From: Candidatus Kuenenia stuttgartensis
GTDB taxonomy: Bacteria > Planctomycetota > Planctomycetia > Pirellulales > UBA1268
Direction: 5' to 3'
DNA length: 46,360 bases
Assembly: GCA_945860405.1 (NCBI GenBank)
Contig: CAMARC010000001.1
Coordinates: 1-46,360 of the forward strand
The translations under genes and the position numbers were made by a program. Under the pieces are notes generated by a model. It searched no databases. It had not been told where the DNA came from and was given only the letters and a program-made list of their open reading frames with translations. Below are positions 17,658 through 27,700 of the stretch, in pieces; the stretch's first letter is position 1; every line of letters begins with the position of its first letter.

Positions 17658-18073
17658 GATCCACCCCCCCTCGAAGCCCACCAGATCCCTGCAAAAAACG
17701 CCCCCACGGCGAGGAACAGCGATCCCACGCCCCAAGCATACGGAGCCCAGGCCGGAAAGGTCACCATCCGCTGCCGCACCACCGCCGGCGGCCGGGCGGG
17801 GCGCTTCCCTTTCCGACGGCTCTTGCCGCTGACTTTGCGGCTGACTTTGACGGTGAACGGCGCGGCATCGAAGGGCTCGTCCGCGGTCGGGGCCAATGCC
17901 TCGAGCGATGCTTCGATGGCGGCCCCCTCGAAGGACGTGACAACGCCCCCCGCAGCCTCGGCGGGGACCATCACCCGAGTTTCACAGCGGGGACAGACGA
18001 TCGACGTCCCATGCCAGCGAGCCGGCACGTAGAGCTTCGAACGGCATCCCGTGCAGCGGAAGTGGATCGGCAT
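17654..18073 (-). CDS. small zinc-ribbon protein with C-terminal TM helix
   Basis: MPIHFRCTGCRSKLYVPARWHGTSIVCPRCETRV (CxxC...CxxC), with the C-terminal hydrophobic helix GVGSLFLAVGAFFAGIWWA. The ATG at 18073 is preceded by GAGGAG 8 nt upstream. The track start at 18082 is a GTG. Confidence 0.55.
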   Translation of the reverse strand: MPIHFRCTGCRSKLYVPARWHGTSIVCPRCETRVMVPAEAAGGVVTSFEGAAIEASLEALAPTADEPFDAAPFTVKVSRKVSGKSRRKGKRPARPPAVVRQRMVTFPAWAPYAWGVGSLFLAVGAFFAGIWWASRGGGS

Positions 18074-18098
18074 CGCTCGCACTCCTCAGGGCGACGGA

Positions 18099-18599
18099 TC
18101 AGCCCGATCCCGAATCGCTTCCAGTGGCGTGCACGCCATCCCCGTTTCCATCGCCCCATGCATCCTCATGGGAATCCCCCTCCGCGCGGCGGCGCAGCCG
18201 TCGTCGACCATGCCGGCGCGGTCCCTTGCCCGGACGGTGCCGGCGGGGGCCCCCACACCGACGCTTCTCTTCGGCAGCCAAGCTGGCGATCCCGGCCAGA
18301 ACCGCCGTCGCCACGACCGCAAGGAGCCAGACCACCGCCGAGAACAGCGCGATGCGCCCGCAGAAGCGGGCGCCGACGTTATCGCCGAGCGCCGCCAGCA
18401 ACGCCCCCAGCCCAATCACGACCAACGCCAGGATCGGAAGCAGGAGCGAGGAGACGATCCCCCACGAGAGCGCCCGCCGCACGAAGTCGCCCATCGGCCC
18501 GCGCATCAGGTTTGAATCCTCTTCGGAGGCTCGGTGGCGGTAGGGCAGCGCGAGGGAGACACCTCCTCCGCCGGGCGGCTCGCTGGACACCCCGCTCAC
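18099..18599 (-). CDS. hypothetical membrane protein (2 TM helices, charged C-terminal tail)
   Basis: Hydrophobic segments IVSSLLLPILALVVIGLGALLAAL and IALFSAVVWLLAVVATAVLAGIASL. It ends 25 nt upstream of the next gene on the same strand. No family was recognised. The start is uncertain: GTG 18599 or internal ATGs at 18506/18494. Confidence 0.45.
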   Translation of the reverse strand: MSGVSSEPPGGGGVSLALPYRHRASEEDSNLMRGPMGDFVRRALSWGIVSSLLLPILALVVIGLGALLAALGDNVGARFCGRIALFSAVVWLLAVVATAVLAGIASLAAEEKRRCGGPRRHRPGKGPRRHGRRRLRRRAEGDSHEDAWGDGNGDGVHATGSDSGSG

Positions 18600-18852
18600 C
18601 CGGAAGTGTACCGTTCACAGGCTCTGCCGGCGCGCCTCGAATCAGCCCGGTCAGCGGGCGGGTTCCCGGGCAGGGGGAAGCCGGCGTTTTTGGGGCCTCG
18701 TCGTCATGGTGGCCCCTCGTAAGAATCGTGGGCTTCCCGGGGCTTCCGACCGCCCAATCCAGCGGCAGGGCACTTTGTCCTGGGGCCTGCTAAACTGCCG
18801 AAGCGCTCCTTGCGGAGGTATCCGGAGCGCCGAAGGTCATGGAGGACACTCG

Positions 18853-21342
18853 ATGAGACGCCGCGCCGAAGCCGCTCCCCTGCCGGCCTGGCCATGCCGG
18901 ACTTGGGAACGCTCGAGTGGCCCGGCACGTCCTGGCCTGATCCGCGGAACCGGCGGTCTACGAGCGTTTGGCTCGACCCTCGCTTGGGTCGCCCTTCTTT
19001 CGAGCGCCCTGGCTGACCGAGTGGAGATGGCCGACGGACGGATCCTCGAAGGAAGGTTTGCCCTCGTCGCTGGCGTGGCCGTCGATCCGATCGCCGAGGC
19101 AACCAGCAGCCGGACCGCGGGCACACCGGTGCTGATGTGCGACGACGAAATGACCCGGACGTTCGTCTCGCGTCGCCGGGTGGTGAGAGCCGAGGAGCTT
19201 CCGTTCGCGCGACAGCTCGAGCGGATCGAGATCCCGCAGCGCGTGCCGGAGAACGGTCGCCGGGTCGCCTCGATCGGCGGCATCCTCGCGGCCACACCGT
19301 TCGACGAGTTTGGACGCCGCATCCTCACGCTGTCGACGGCCTCCGGCAGGCTCGACGTCGTTCAGGGGATCACCACGATCACCCCCCGTTGGACCCGTGT
19401 CCAGGGCGTCCTCACCGACAACCCGCTCCTCCTCGACATGCGACTTTCGACCGGGGCCATCCCCCGCGATCAGTTGCGGCTCGTCCTCGACCGCCAGACC
19501 GATCCGGCCAGTTCGGAAGAGCGTCTGCGGATCGTGCGACTGTTCCTCCAGGCGGAGCGTTACGAGGAGGCACGGACCGAACTCGACGGCGTCATCCGCG
19601 ATTTCCCCGGTCTGAAAAACCTCGCCGAGGAGCGGCGGAGCCTGGGGGAACTGTCGGCCACGAGGCTCCTCGACGAGGTCCGGCTGCGGGGCCGATCGGG
19701 CCAGGATGCCCTGGCGATGGAGATCCTCGAGAACTTCCCCGCCGACGAGGCCTCAGCCGAGACCGTCGAGGCGATCCGCGAGGCCCGCGATGCCTACCGC
19801 GACCGGCAGGCATCGGCCGAGCGGCTCCTTCGTCTCCTCCAAGAACGCTGCGACGCCCTCGACGACGACGACACCCGCGCCGCCTGCGCGGGTGTTCTCG
19901 ACGAGATCGCCGCGGAGATGACCTTCGCCACGCTCGATCGGCTGTCGGCATTCGAACGGATGGGCACCGAGCCCGACCTCGCCGCCGACCGAGCCCTGGC
20001 GATCGCCATCTCCGGCTGGCTCCAGGGGGCCGCGGCGGCTGGCGAGAATCTCAAACTCGCCCTCTCCGCCGCACATGTCCGCGATCTCCTCCGCGACTAC
20101 CTCCGCAGCGACGATGCCAAAGCCCGCCAAGCCCTGCGTGACCAGGTGGCCGACGAAGAGGCGGGGGATGCGGCGACCATCGCCAGCTTGGCGCGGCAGA
20201 TGCGCCCGCCGCTCGATCCCCCGGAGCCGACGGCCCCGGGGCTCCACGAGTTCGAGTTCACCGGCTCCGATGGGCAGTCGGTGACGTGCCTCGTCCAGGT
20301 GCCGCCGGAGTACGATCCCCTCCGCCGCTATCCGACGGTGGTCTCCCTCCACGCCGCCTTCACGACGCCGGCAGACCAGATCACCTGGTGGGCCGGCCCG
20401 CCGGGGCCTGACGGCCGTCGGATCGGCCAGGCAACCCGCCACGGGTGCATCGTCGTCGCGCCCCGCTGGACAGAGGAAGGGCAGACGACCTACGGCTATT
20501 CGGCCCGCGAACACGCGGCCGTCCTCGGCGCCCTGCGGGAGTCGCAGCGGAGATTCGCGATCGACACCGACCGCGTCTTCCTCTCGGGGCACTCTCTCGG
20601 CGGCGACGCCGCCTGGGACATCGCCCTGGCCCATCCCGATCTGTGGGCGGGGCTCGTGGCGATCACGCCCGGCGCCGGCCGCTACGTCAACCATTACTGG
20701 CAAAACGCCCGCGCGCTCCCGATCTACGTCGTGGGGGGCGAACTCGACAACGGCACCTTTGCCCGCAACGGTATGGACCTCGACCGCTACCTCTCCAAGG
20801 GCTTCGACACCACCTACGTCGAGTACCGGGGCCGTGGCCACGAGCACTTCGCCGACGAGATCCTGCGGATCTTCGATTGGATGCAGCGCCGCAAGCGAAC
20901 GTTCTTCCCCACGACCATCGATGCGGTCTCGATGCGACCGTGGGACAACTTCTTCTGGTGGGTAGAACTCTCCGGCGCTCCTCCCAAGACGGTCGTCCTG
21001 CCATCGCAGTGGCCGCCCGGCCAGGGGGTCAGGCCGTTCACACTCGATGCCAAGACGACGGCCACCAACGGGCTGATCATCCACTGCGGCGCCGAGCGGG
21101 TCCGGGTTTGGCTCTCCCCCGAACTCGTCGATTTCACGCAACCGGTGAACGTCAGCCTCGATGGCCGGAAGCTTTCCCGCGACCCGGTGCAGCCGGACGA
21201 GACGGTGCTTCTGGAGGACCTGCGGACCCGTGGCGACCGCCAGCACCCGTTCTGGGCCGTGCTCGAATCGACCCGTGGCCCCGCAGCTGGCACACCACCT
21301 TCCCGAAAGACGGCGAAGGACAATGCCGCCCAGCCCCCCTGA
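18853..21342 (+). CDS. secreted protein with C-terminal alpha/beta-hydrolase (esterase/peptidase S9-like) domain
   Basis: The ATG at 18853 is preceded by GGAGG (18841-18845), followed by the signal-like LAWVALLSSALA. The C-terminal region has the nucleophile elbow FLSGHSLGGDAAW, an acidic VVGGELDN and a His in RGRGHEHF. The N-terminal 500 aa are helical/TPR-like with no family call. Confidence 0.7.
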   Translation: MRRRAEAAPLPAWPCRTWERSSGPARPGLIRGTGGLRAFGSTLAWVALLSSALADRVEMADGRILEGRFALVAGVAVDPIAEATSSRTAGTPVLMCDDEMTRTFVSRRRVVRAEELPFARQLERIEIPQRVPENGRRVASIGGILAATPFDEFGRRILTLSTASGRLDVVQGITTITPRWTRVQGVLTDNPLLLDMRLSTGAIPRDQLRLVLDRQTDPASSEERLRIVRLFLQAERYEEARTELDGVIRDFPGLKNLAEERRSLGELSATRLLDEVRLRGRSGQDALAMEILENFPADEASAETVEAIREARDAYRDRQASAERLLRLLQERCDALDDDDTRAACAGVLDEIAAEMTFATLDRLSAFERMGTEPDLAADRALAIAISGWLQGAAAAGENLKLALSAAHVRDLLRDYLRSDDAKARQALRDQVADEEAGDAATIASLARQMRPPLDPPEPTAPGLHEFEFTGSDGQSVTCLVQVPPEYDPLRRYPTVVSLHAAFTTPADQITWWAGPPGPDGRRIGQATRHGCIVVAPRWTEEGQTTYGYSAREHAAVLGALRESQRRFAIDTDRVFLSGHSLGGDAAWDIALAHPDLWAGLVAITPGAGRYVNHYWQNARALPIYVVGGELDNGTFARNGMDLDRYLSKGFDTTYVEYRGRGHEHFADEILRIFDWMQRRKRTFFPTTIDAVSMRPWDNFFWWVELSGAPPKTVVLPSQWPPGQGVRPFTLDAKTTATNGLIIHCGAERVRVWLSPELVDFTQPVNVSLDGRKLSRDPVQPDETVLLEDLRTRGDRQHPFWAVLESTRGPAAGTPPSRKTAKDNAAQPP

Positions 21343-21354
21343 TGCCTCGAAACG

Positions 21355-21390
21355 ACAGACGCCGCCGGGATGAATCCCGACGGCGTCTGT
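21355..21390. terminator. GC-rich hairpin between convergent genes (candidate bidirectional terminator)
   Basis: ACAGACGCCG-C-CGGGA-TGAA-TCCCG-A-CGGCGTCTGT gives 15 bp with one 1x1 internal loop. It lies 13 nt after the stop at 21342 and 31 nt after the minus-strand stop at 21422. The flanking U-tracts are weak. Confidence 0.45.
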
Positions 21391-21421
21391 GATCGTGTTC
21401 GTGTGGCAAAACCCCGCGCTG

Positions 21422-23458
21422 TCAGCGTGGAATCGTGTCGGATGGCTCGCGAGCGACGGTGTCGCTGCGACCCTCGCGGGGCAGGGCAACACCAGCGATA
21501 TACCATCCCTCGGGAACCGTCTCCATCCCCACGCCTGCGGCGCCCAGATAGCGTTGGATGACGTCGAACTCGGGCAACGTGCTGCCGTCGATCCGCTGTT
21601 CGCGGATGCTCCCTTCCTTGCCGTCGCCGAGCACGACGTTGAGCAGCTGCCCCATCAGGCTCTTCGACTTCGGCATCTCGCCACGACGGAGCATCTCGTA
21701 GGCCGGGCGAATCGTCTCATCGCCACGCCCGAAGCTCCGCAGCGCCGTCTCCCCGGGGAACAGCCGCGACAGCTCCTCCGTCACGACACCGTAGTCGCCG
21801 GCGTCGGAGAGCGTGCCGTCGGCCTCGGAGGTGGCAAGGACGCGTTCGAGGAAGTCGCGGTGGGAGGCGACGAGGAGATGGCCGTGGGCGATCGTCACGG
21901 CCGAGTGCGGAAGGAGCTTCTCCTCCCGATCGCGGAGCCGTCCCCGACGCCCCTTGGCGTCCGAATCGGCCTCGGAATCGGCATGGGCCGACACGAACCC
22001 GGGGGTCTCGATCTCCAGCTTCGGGATCGCATCCGTGCGGTCGATGAGCTCCCAAATGACGTGGCCGTCGAACTCCACCTTCCGCATGTCCGGGTCGGTC
22101 GACATCGACTTGGCCACCGTCTTTGCCACCTGCTCCGGATTGTGCGTCTCGATGGCGATCACGAGGCGCTCGCTGTCGACGTCGATCGGCATGGTGTGGT
22201 CGCTGATGATCGAAACCCGGGTGCCGAGGCAGCCGACGAGGTCGTTCTCGACGTCGATCTGCGGGCCGTCCGGATCCTCTTTGAGCGACGCGATCACATC
22301 CTCAAACACGCCCTTTTCACCGATGACATCGTCGACGAGCGACTCGGCCGAGGCGAACGCAGTCTTCATGTCCCACTGCATCGTCACCCAGCTCGACACG
22401 TCGCGCGGAACCCACGTCGGGGGATCGAGCCGGGCGGTGTTGGGGAACTGGAGCATGCGGGCGGCGAGCTTGTAGCGGTCGGGGGCAAAGGCCTTCCGCC
22501 CCTCGAGCGGCGGGGCATGGATGAGGGTGTGGTGGCGGAGATCGTGGAGCCCGTCGTCGAGCACGATCACCCCGCCGACGGCCTTCACCGCGTCAAAGCC
22601 CTGGCGACCGAGGATCGCCACGTAGTCGGGGCCCTTGCGCTTCTCGCGGGGGGGATTGGCGGCCTGGACGGCGCGGGCGAAGCCGAGCGGATCGACATAC
22701 CAGCGGATCGGCGCCGCGGTCGCAGAAACCTTGTCGGCGCACCGGTCACAGACCGCCTTGTAGGACGCGACCGTGGCGAGCCCATCGGCCCGGCCCGAAA
22801 GCGACGACGCGGTCTGCATGACGACGGCGGGATCGTCGCCGACGACGAGGGCATCGGGACGAAGGACGATGGCGACGCGCGTGGGAAGTGCGGCCCCCGG
22901 TTCCTGCGGCACATCGTAGACCGTCATCGTGGTGCCGTCGCCCGACGTCGAGGTCGACTTCGTGGCCTTCCGTTCGGCGAGGCGCTCGCCGACCGTCTCG
23001 ACCAGTCGCGTCGCCTCGTCACCGTGGCCGGTGGTGTCGACGAGGATCACCGTGGCCAGTTTGCCGGCGGCCGGCTCGATGACCCCGAGGGCGACCTCTC
23101 CCCCCGGAACGCTGGAGAGATCCTCGAACGAGAGCCCGAGCTTCCCCAGACGCTGCCGACCGGCCTTGCGGGCCTGATCCCGGACGCTCTCCACGAAGGG
23201 ACGCATCTGCGGGTCCCTGAGCAGCTGACCATAGTCGGTGTTGTCGAAGCTTTCCTGGAGCCGACGGGGATCCGGGGTGCTGACCCAGACCCGCGTGGTC
23301 GCCGGGAAGACGGTCTCGCTCGGGGCAAACCCGGCGGCCTCCACCCGAAGAGCCGGGCTGACGGAGGCGACGGCCACCATCCAGACAGCGGCGCGACCTA
23401 GGACTCCAGGGAGGTTCGTTCCCCTCCGTCGACGACCGGCCAACAAGCTACCGTGCAC
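21422..23458 (-). CDS. secreted hypothetical protein (678 aa), possibly last gene of the NRPS transcription unit
   Basis: The GTG start at 23458 is preceded by a strong SD, AAGGAGGAG (complement of 23464-23472, 5-nt spacer). The N-terminus has an Arg cluster followed by the hydrophobic AAVWMVAVASVSPALRVEA. No catalytic motif was recognised. Confidence 0.6.
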   Translation of the reverse strand: MHGSLLAGRRRRGTNLPGVLGRAAVWMVAVASVSPALRVEAAGFAPSETVFPATTRVWVSTPDPRRLQESFDNTDYGQLLRDPQMRPFVESVRDQARKAGRQRLGKLGLSFEDLSSVPGGEVALGVIEPAAGKLATVILVDTTGHGDEATRLVETVGERLAERKATKSTSTSGDGTTMTVYDVPQEPGAALPTRVAIVLRPDALVVGDDPAVVMQTASSLSGRADGLATVASYKAVCDRCADKVSATAAPIRWYVDPLGFARAVQAANPPREKRKGPDYVAILGRQGFDAVKAVGGVIVLDDGLHDLRHHTLIHAPPLEGRKAFAPDRYKLAARMLQFPNTARLDPPTWVPRDVSSWVTMQWDMKTAFASAESLVDDVIGEKGVFEDVIASLKEDPDGPQIDVENDLVGCLGTRVSIISDHTMPIDVDSERLVIAIETHNPEQVAKTVAKSMSTDPDMRKVEFDGHVIWELIDRTDAIPKLEIETPGFVSAHADSEADSDAKGRRGRLRDREEKLLPHSAVTIAHGHLLVASHRDFLERVLATSEADGTLSDAGDYGVVTEELSRLFPGETALRSFGRGDETIRPAYEMLRRGEMPKSKSLMGQLLNVVLGDGKEGSIREQRIDGSTLPEFDVIQRYLGAAGVGMETVPEGWYIAGVALPREGRSDTVAREPSDTIPR

Positions 23459-23618
23459 GAGAACTCCTCCTTGAAGGCACCGCGGGGGCGCGACGGTTGG
23501 TGCGCTCCCCCTCCTTATCGTTCCGGTGCGGCCCGAATCTGGACCCGATCACGGCGGACACACTCCCTTCGCCAACCGGCCGGGAAAGGTGCGCAAGCCC
23601 GGCAAGATCGTCCTCCGC

Positions 23619-24755
23619 TCAGGCCGGCGGGTAGGTCACCACGACCATCCACACCACGACCAGGACGGCGACCACCGCCGCCAGGGCGGTGCCTCCGTCA
23701 GTGCGTCGGCGGACGAGTGACGCCACGCCCCAGGTGATCGCCGCGCTGCCCGCCAGGAGAGCGACCGTTGCCATGGCCCCGGCCGATCGCTCGCGATCAC
23801 TGGCAAGGAGGGCCAGCGCCACCAGGGAGGGCCAGCCGAGGAGGAGGGCGTGAAAGCCGACAGATTCGCTGACCAGATCGGTCATGCCGATTCGCTTCCC
23901 CCCGCCCAGAGGCCGAAGCGGCACCGATTCCAGCAACCGACTCCACCCCCGCCCCAGCGAGACAGGCGTGATCGTCGCTTCGGGAACGGCCAGCGCCACG
24001 AAGCAGGCGACCACCACGATTCGATTGGCGGCAGCCGACTCGGGGGCGAGGAACAAGCAGACGACCATCCCCGTCAGGGCGGCCGCCATGCCCACGAGGT
24101 CGAGCCGCCCCCGTGCCGGTTCACCCGAGGCGATCAGGCGACCAGTCCCGCGCGGCTTCCGGGCAGCGAGGGGCATGCGGGCCACGACCACCGCAACGCC
24201 GATCGCCGCGAGCACGGCAACCAGCACAGCGGCTCGCCCCGCCAGGGAATTGTCTGCAAATCGATGCCACGCTGCGGCTCCTGCCAGTCCTGCTCCCGCG
24301 GTGATCACCAGCGCCCCGCTCGCCACATCCGCCCGGTTGGGTAGCTGGCGCTCGAGGAATGCGACGAGTGCGGCTGCAAAGCCGACTCCCAATAAAAACC
24401 CTGCAAGCGAGTGAAACCCTGCAAGCGAGTGAAACCCTGCAAGCGCCGCGCCCGATGGCCCGGCGGGGCTGGCCAAGGCTCCGACGCATCCTCCGATCAC
24501 CGGCCAGCCGAGCCTGGCAGCGATGGCTGCCATGGCTGCCGCAGGACCGCCGAGATGACCGGCCGGCGCGGGGATCGGGGCCCCAAGCGCGGCCACCGCC
24601 AAAACTCCCCCGAGGAGAAATCCGACCGCCGTCCGGGGACCGCCGACTGCCGGCCCACTCCCTGCGACCGAAACGCCACCGATCGCGGCAAGGAGAAGGA
24701 GATAGGAGGCCGGCCTACGGGCCTCGACCCTGAACAGGATCGCCGCCATGTTCAT
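23619..24755 (-). CDS. polytopic Ala/Gly-rich integral membrane protein, family unrecognised, translationally coupled to the NRPS
   Basis: 378 aa with roughly 9-11 hydrophobic helices. The ATG at 24755 overlaps the NRPS TGA (ATGA, 24752-24755). I could not see any MFS/ABC/RND/MATE signature. Confidence 0.6.
   Translation of the reverse strand: MNMAAILFRVEARRPASYLLLLAAIGGVSVAGSGPAVGGPRTAVGFLLGGVLAVAALGAPIPAPAGHLGGPAAAMAAIAARLGWPVIGGCVGALASPAGPSGAALAGFHSLAGFHSLAGFLLGVGFAAALVAFLERQLPNRADVASGALVITAGAGLAGAAAWHRFADNSLAGRAAVLVAVLAAIGVAVVVARMPLAARKPRGTGRLIASGEPARGRLDLVGMAAALTGMVVCLFLAPESAAANRIVVVACFVALAVPEATITPVSLGRGWSRLLESVPLRPLGGGKRIGMTDLVSESVGFHALLLGWPSLVALALLASDRERSAGAMATVALLAGSAAITWGVASLVRRRTDGGTALAAVVAVLVVVWMVVVTYPPA
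24396..24445. repeat. 18-bp in-frame tandem repeat (2.8 copies) inside the membrane-protein gene
   Basis: AAACCCTGCAAGCGAGTG occurs at 24396-24413 and 24414-24431, with a 14-nt partial third copy. On the minus strand it encodes AGFHSLAGFHSLAGF. Confidence 0.9.
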
Positions 24756-27700
24756 ACCGGTCTCCGTTCAGCGGGCTCGGCCGGGGAACCGGCCTGAGGG
24801 GTGCGATCCCCGCGGATGCCGCGGACGATGTTGGCGATGGTGGCCGCGTTGGCCCCGAAGATGACCTCGTGATGTTCCCCCGGGATCTGATGCACGGTCA
24901 ACCCACCAGCGCACCATCGCTTCCACACCCCGAGAACCGCCGGAAGCGAATCGGCAGCCTGAAAATAGTCGACCTGTCCGCCGTAGGGCAGGGCGCGGTG
25001 CCGCGCCACGAGCGCCCCATGGGAGTCGCCGCGGATCGGATCGACTGCTCTCCACTGCCGGGCGAGCTTGAATCGGGCGGGAAGCACGCGGAGATAACGC
25101 CACACCTGCGACGGCTGGGACGCAAGCCGGCGCAGGTGCTTCCAGACATACTGCCGCCCCAAGGCTCGATCGGCTGCCGCCATAACCTCATCCGGAAGGA
25201 GGCAGTTGATGTGGGTGTCGAACTGCGCGAGCAGCGCCACCTCATGTCCCCCGCGCCGCAAACGCTGGGCCGTCTCATAGGCGAACCATCCCCCCAGCGA
25301 GAAGCCGCCGAGGAAGTAGGGCCCCCGCGGCTGGAAGGCAACGATCTCGGCAGCGTACAGCTCAGCAAACGCCTCGAGCGAGGTCTGCATCTCACCTCCG
25401 TCGCGATCGATGGCCTGGAGGCCGTAGACGGGCACATCCGGCGCGAACGCTCGGGCGAGTTCGAGAGTCTCCGTGACGCCCCCACCGACGCCGTGGAAGA
25501 GAAACAGCGGCGGGCCCACCCCGAGCGGCTGGAGTGGAACGATCGAGCGGAAGCGGGGCGTCCACCCGTCGTCACGGAGAAGTGCCGCCATCGAAGCCAC
25601 GGTGGGGGCCTCGAACACCGCAGCGAGCGGCACCCGGCGGCCGAGCACCGCGGAGAGGTCGGCGACGAGCCGGGCCGCCATGATCGACTGCCCGCCGAGA
25701 TCGTGGAAAAAATGATCCTGGTCGCCGAAGTCGACCCGTCCGAACACGCGCTGCCAGGTGGAGCGAACCTGTGACAGGAACACCGGCAGGACGCCTAGCG
25801 AGCCGGTGGCCTGCGGGGGAGGGACGGGGAGGGCAACGGCTGACTCCGCGATCTGACTGGCGAGTGCGCGCCTGTCGATTTTGCCATTGGCGTTCACCGG
25901 CAGGGCGTCGAGGCAGACAAACCGGCAAGGGACCATCACCTCGGGCAGGCGTTCGGCCGTCCACCGCCTGAGTGTGTCGATATCCAGACCGCTCTCCCGC
26001 GGCACCACCCCGGCGACGAGCGACGACGTCCCGTCTGCCATGACAGGCGTGATCGCCATGACAGGCGTGATCGCCACCACCGCGACCGCCCCGATCTGCG
26101 GATGGCCGGCGAGACAAGCCTCGATCTCTGCCGGCTCGATCCGATGCCCGCGGATCTTCACCTGGGTGTCGTTACGTGCCACGAACTCGAGAAGCCCGTC
26201 GGGCCTCCACCGGCAAACGTCCCCCGTGCGGTACATCCGCTCCCCCGGCCCGGGAAGGAACGGATCGGGGAGGAACCGCGCGGCGGTCAGGTCGGGCCGA
26301 TGGTGGTAGCCGATGGCCAGTTGGGCTCCGCCGATGAAGAGTTCTCCCACCGTTCCCACAGGGACGGGGCGCAAACCGTCATCAAGGACATAGCACCGGA
26401 CGTTGTCGAGCGGGCGGCCGATCGGCGGCCTCTCCGCTCGCTCGCTCCGTCGGCACACCCAGGCGGTGGCCCACACCGTCGCCTCGGTGGGCCCGTAGAC
26501 GTTGACCAATTCAGCGTCTGACCGATCGAGGAACCTCTCCATCAGGCCGGAGGGCATCGCCTCTCCCCCGCAGAAGACGCGACGCAGCGTCGGGCACGCC
26601 GTGAACGATTCGTCGTCGACAAGGAGGGCGAGGAGCGAGGGCACGAACTGGGCCACCGTCACCGTCGCACTCCGCACCAGCTCCGCGATTCGGACCGGAT
26701 CGGTCCGCCCCGGCGGGAGAATCACGACCGCCGCGCCTGCCAGGAGCGGGCCGAAAACCTCATACACCGATATGTCGAACGTCGTCCGAGTGGCATGGAG
26801 ACAGACGTCGGCGGCATCGAGAGGAAAACGCCGCTGCTTCCCACGGAGATAGTTCACGACAGCCGCATGGGGGATCAGGACCCCCTTTGGCTGGCCGGTC
26901 GATCCCGAGGTGTACATCACGTACGCAGCCGCTCCGGGCTCGACGTCGGGGAGATCATCCTCCACTCGATCGCCGAGATCCGCAGCCTCGAGATCGATAA
27001 CAGCCATTCCTTCCGGCCAACCGCCGGCCGCGTGATGGGAGTCGATGATGGCGGAGAGCTGCGCATCGTCGACGATGAACGCCAGACGGGCAGGCGGGGC
27101 ATCCCGGTCGAGAGGTACCCAAGCGGCCCCGCTGCGGAGCACGGCGAGCATGGCGACAGTCGCGTCGATCGATCGGGGCAGCGCGATCCCCACCCGATCG
27201 CCACGCCCGATGCCCAAGCCACGGAGCCTCCTCGCCAGCCGCGCTGACCGCTGCTGAAGCGCCTCGTAGGTGACCTGCGCTTCCCCCTCACGCACCGCGC
27301 AGGCGGATGGCGTCCGCGCGGTCTGCTCCAGCACGAGGTGATGAAGCGTCGTCGCGGGCCCCAGATCGATGTCTGTCTCGTTGAACTCCTCGATCACCCG
27401 TCGTCGATCCGCGTCGGGCAGCATCGCCATCCGATGAATTGGCAGCGTCGGCCGGGCCGCTGCCTCGCCAAGAAACGCCGCGTACCGCGCTGCGAATTGG
27501 GCAACGACGTCTGCGTCGTACCGATCGGGCGGGAACTCGAGCGCTCCCTCCAGGCCGTCGGGCCCGATCTCGAGGGTGAGCGAAAGATCGAAGCGGGCCA
27601 GGCCGGCATCGATGGGCTCCGGCCGGAGGGTGGCAGCGCCGATCGTCCAGGCCCGATCCCCCGTCTCGACGACGGTAAGGAGGACGTTAACGAGGGGCTG

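Noticed and set aside
16461-23401. Long antisense ORFs 16461..18032 (+), 19753..21492 (-) and 21389..23401 (+), and similar ones at 1802..3013 (-) and 3119..4096 (-)
   Set aside because: Each lies opposite a better-supported gene that has signal peptides or catalytic motifs. Their products are low-complexity. They are treated as composition artefacts.
15329-26074. CRISPR array interpretation of the 12-bp and 18-bp repeats (15329-15446, 24396-24445, 26039-26074)
   Set aside because: The repeats are directly abutting with no spacers, are far shorter than CRISPR repeats, and two of them are in-frame inside genes. No cas genes are present.
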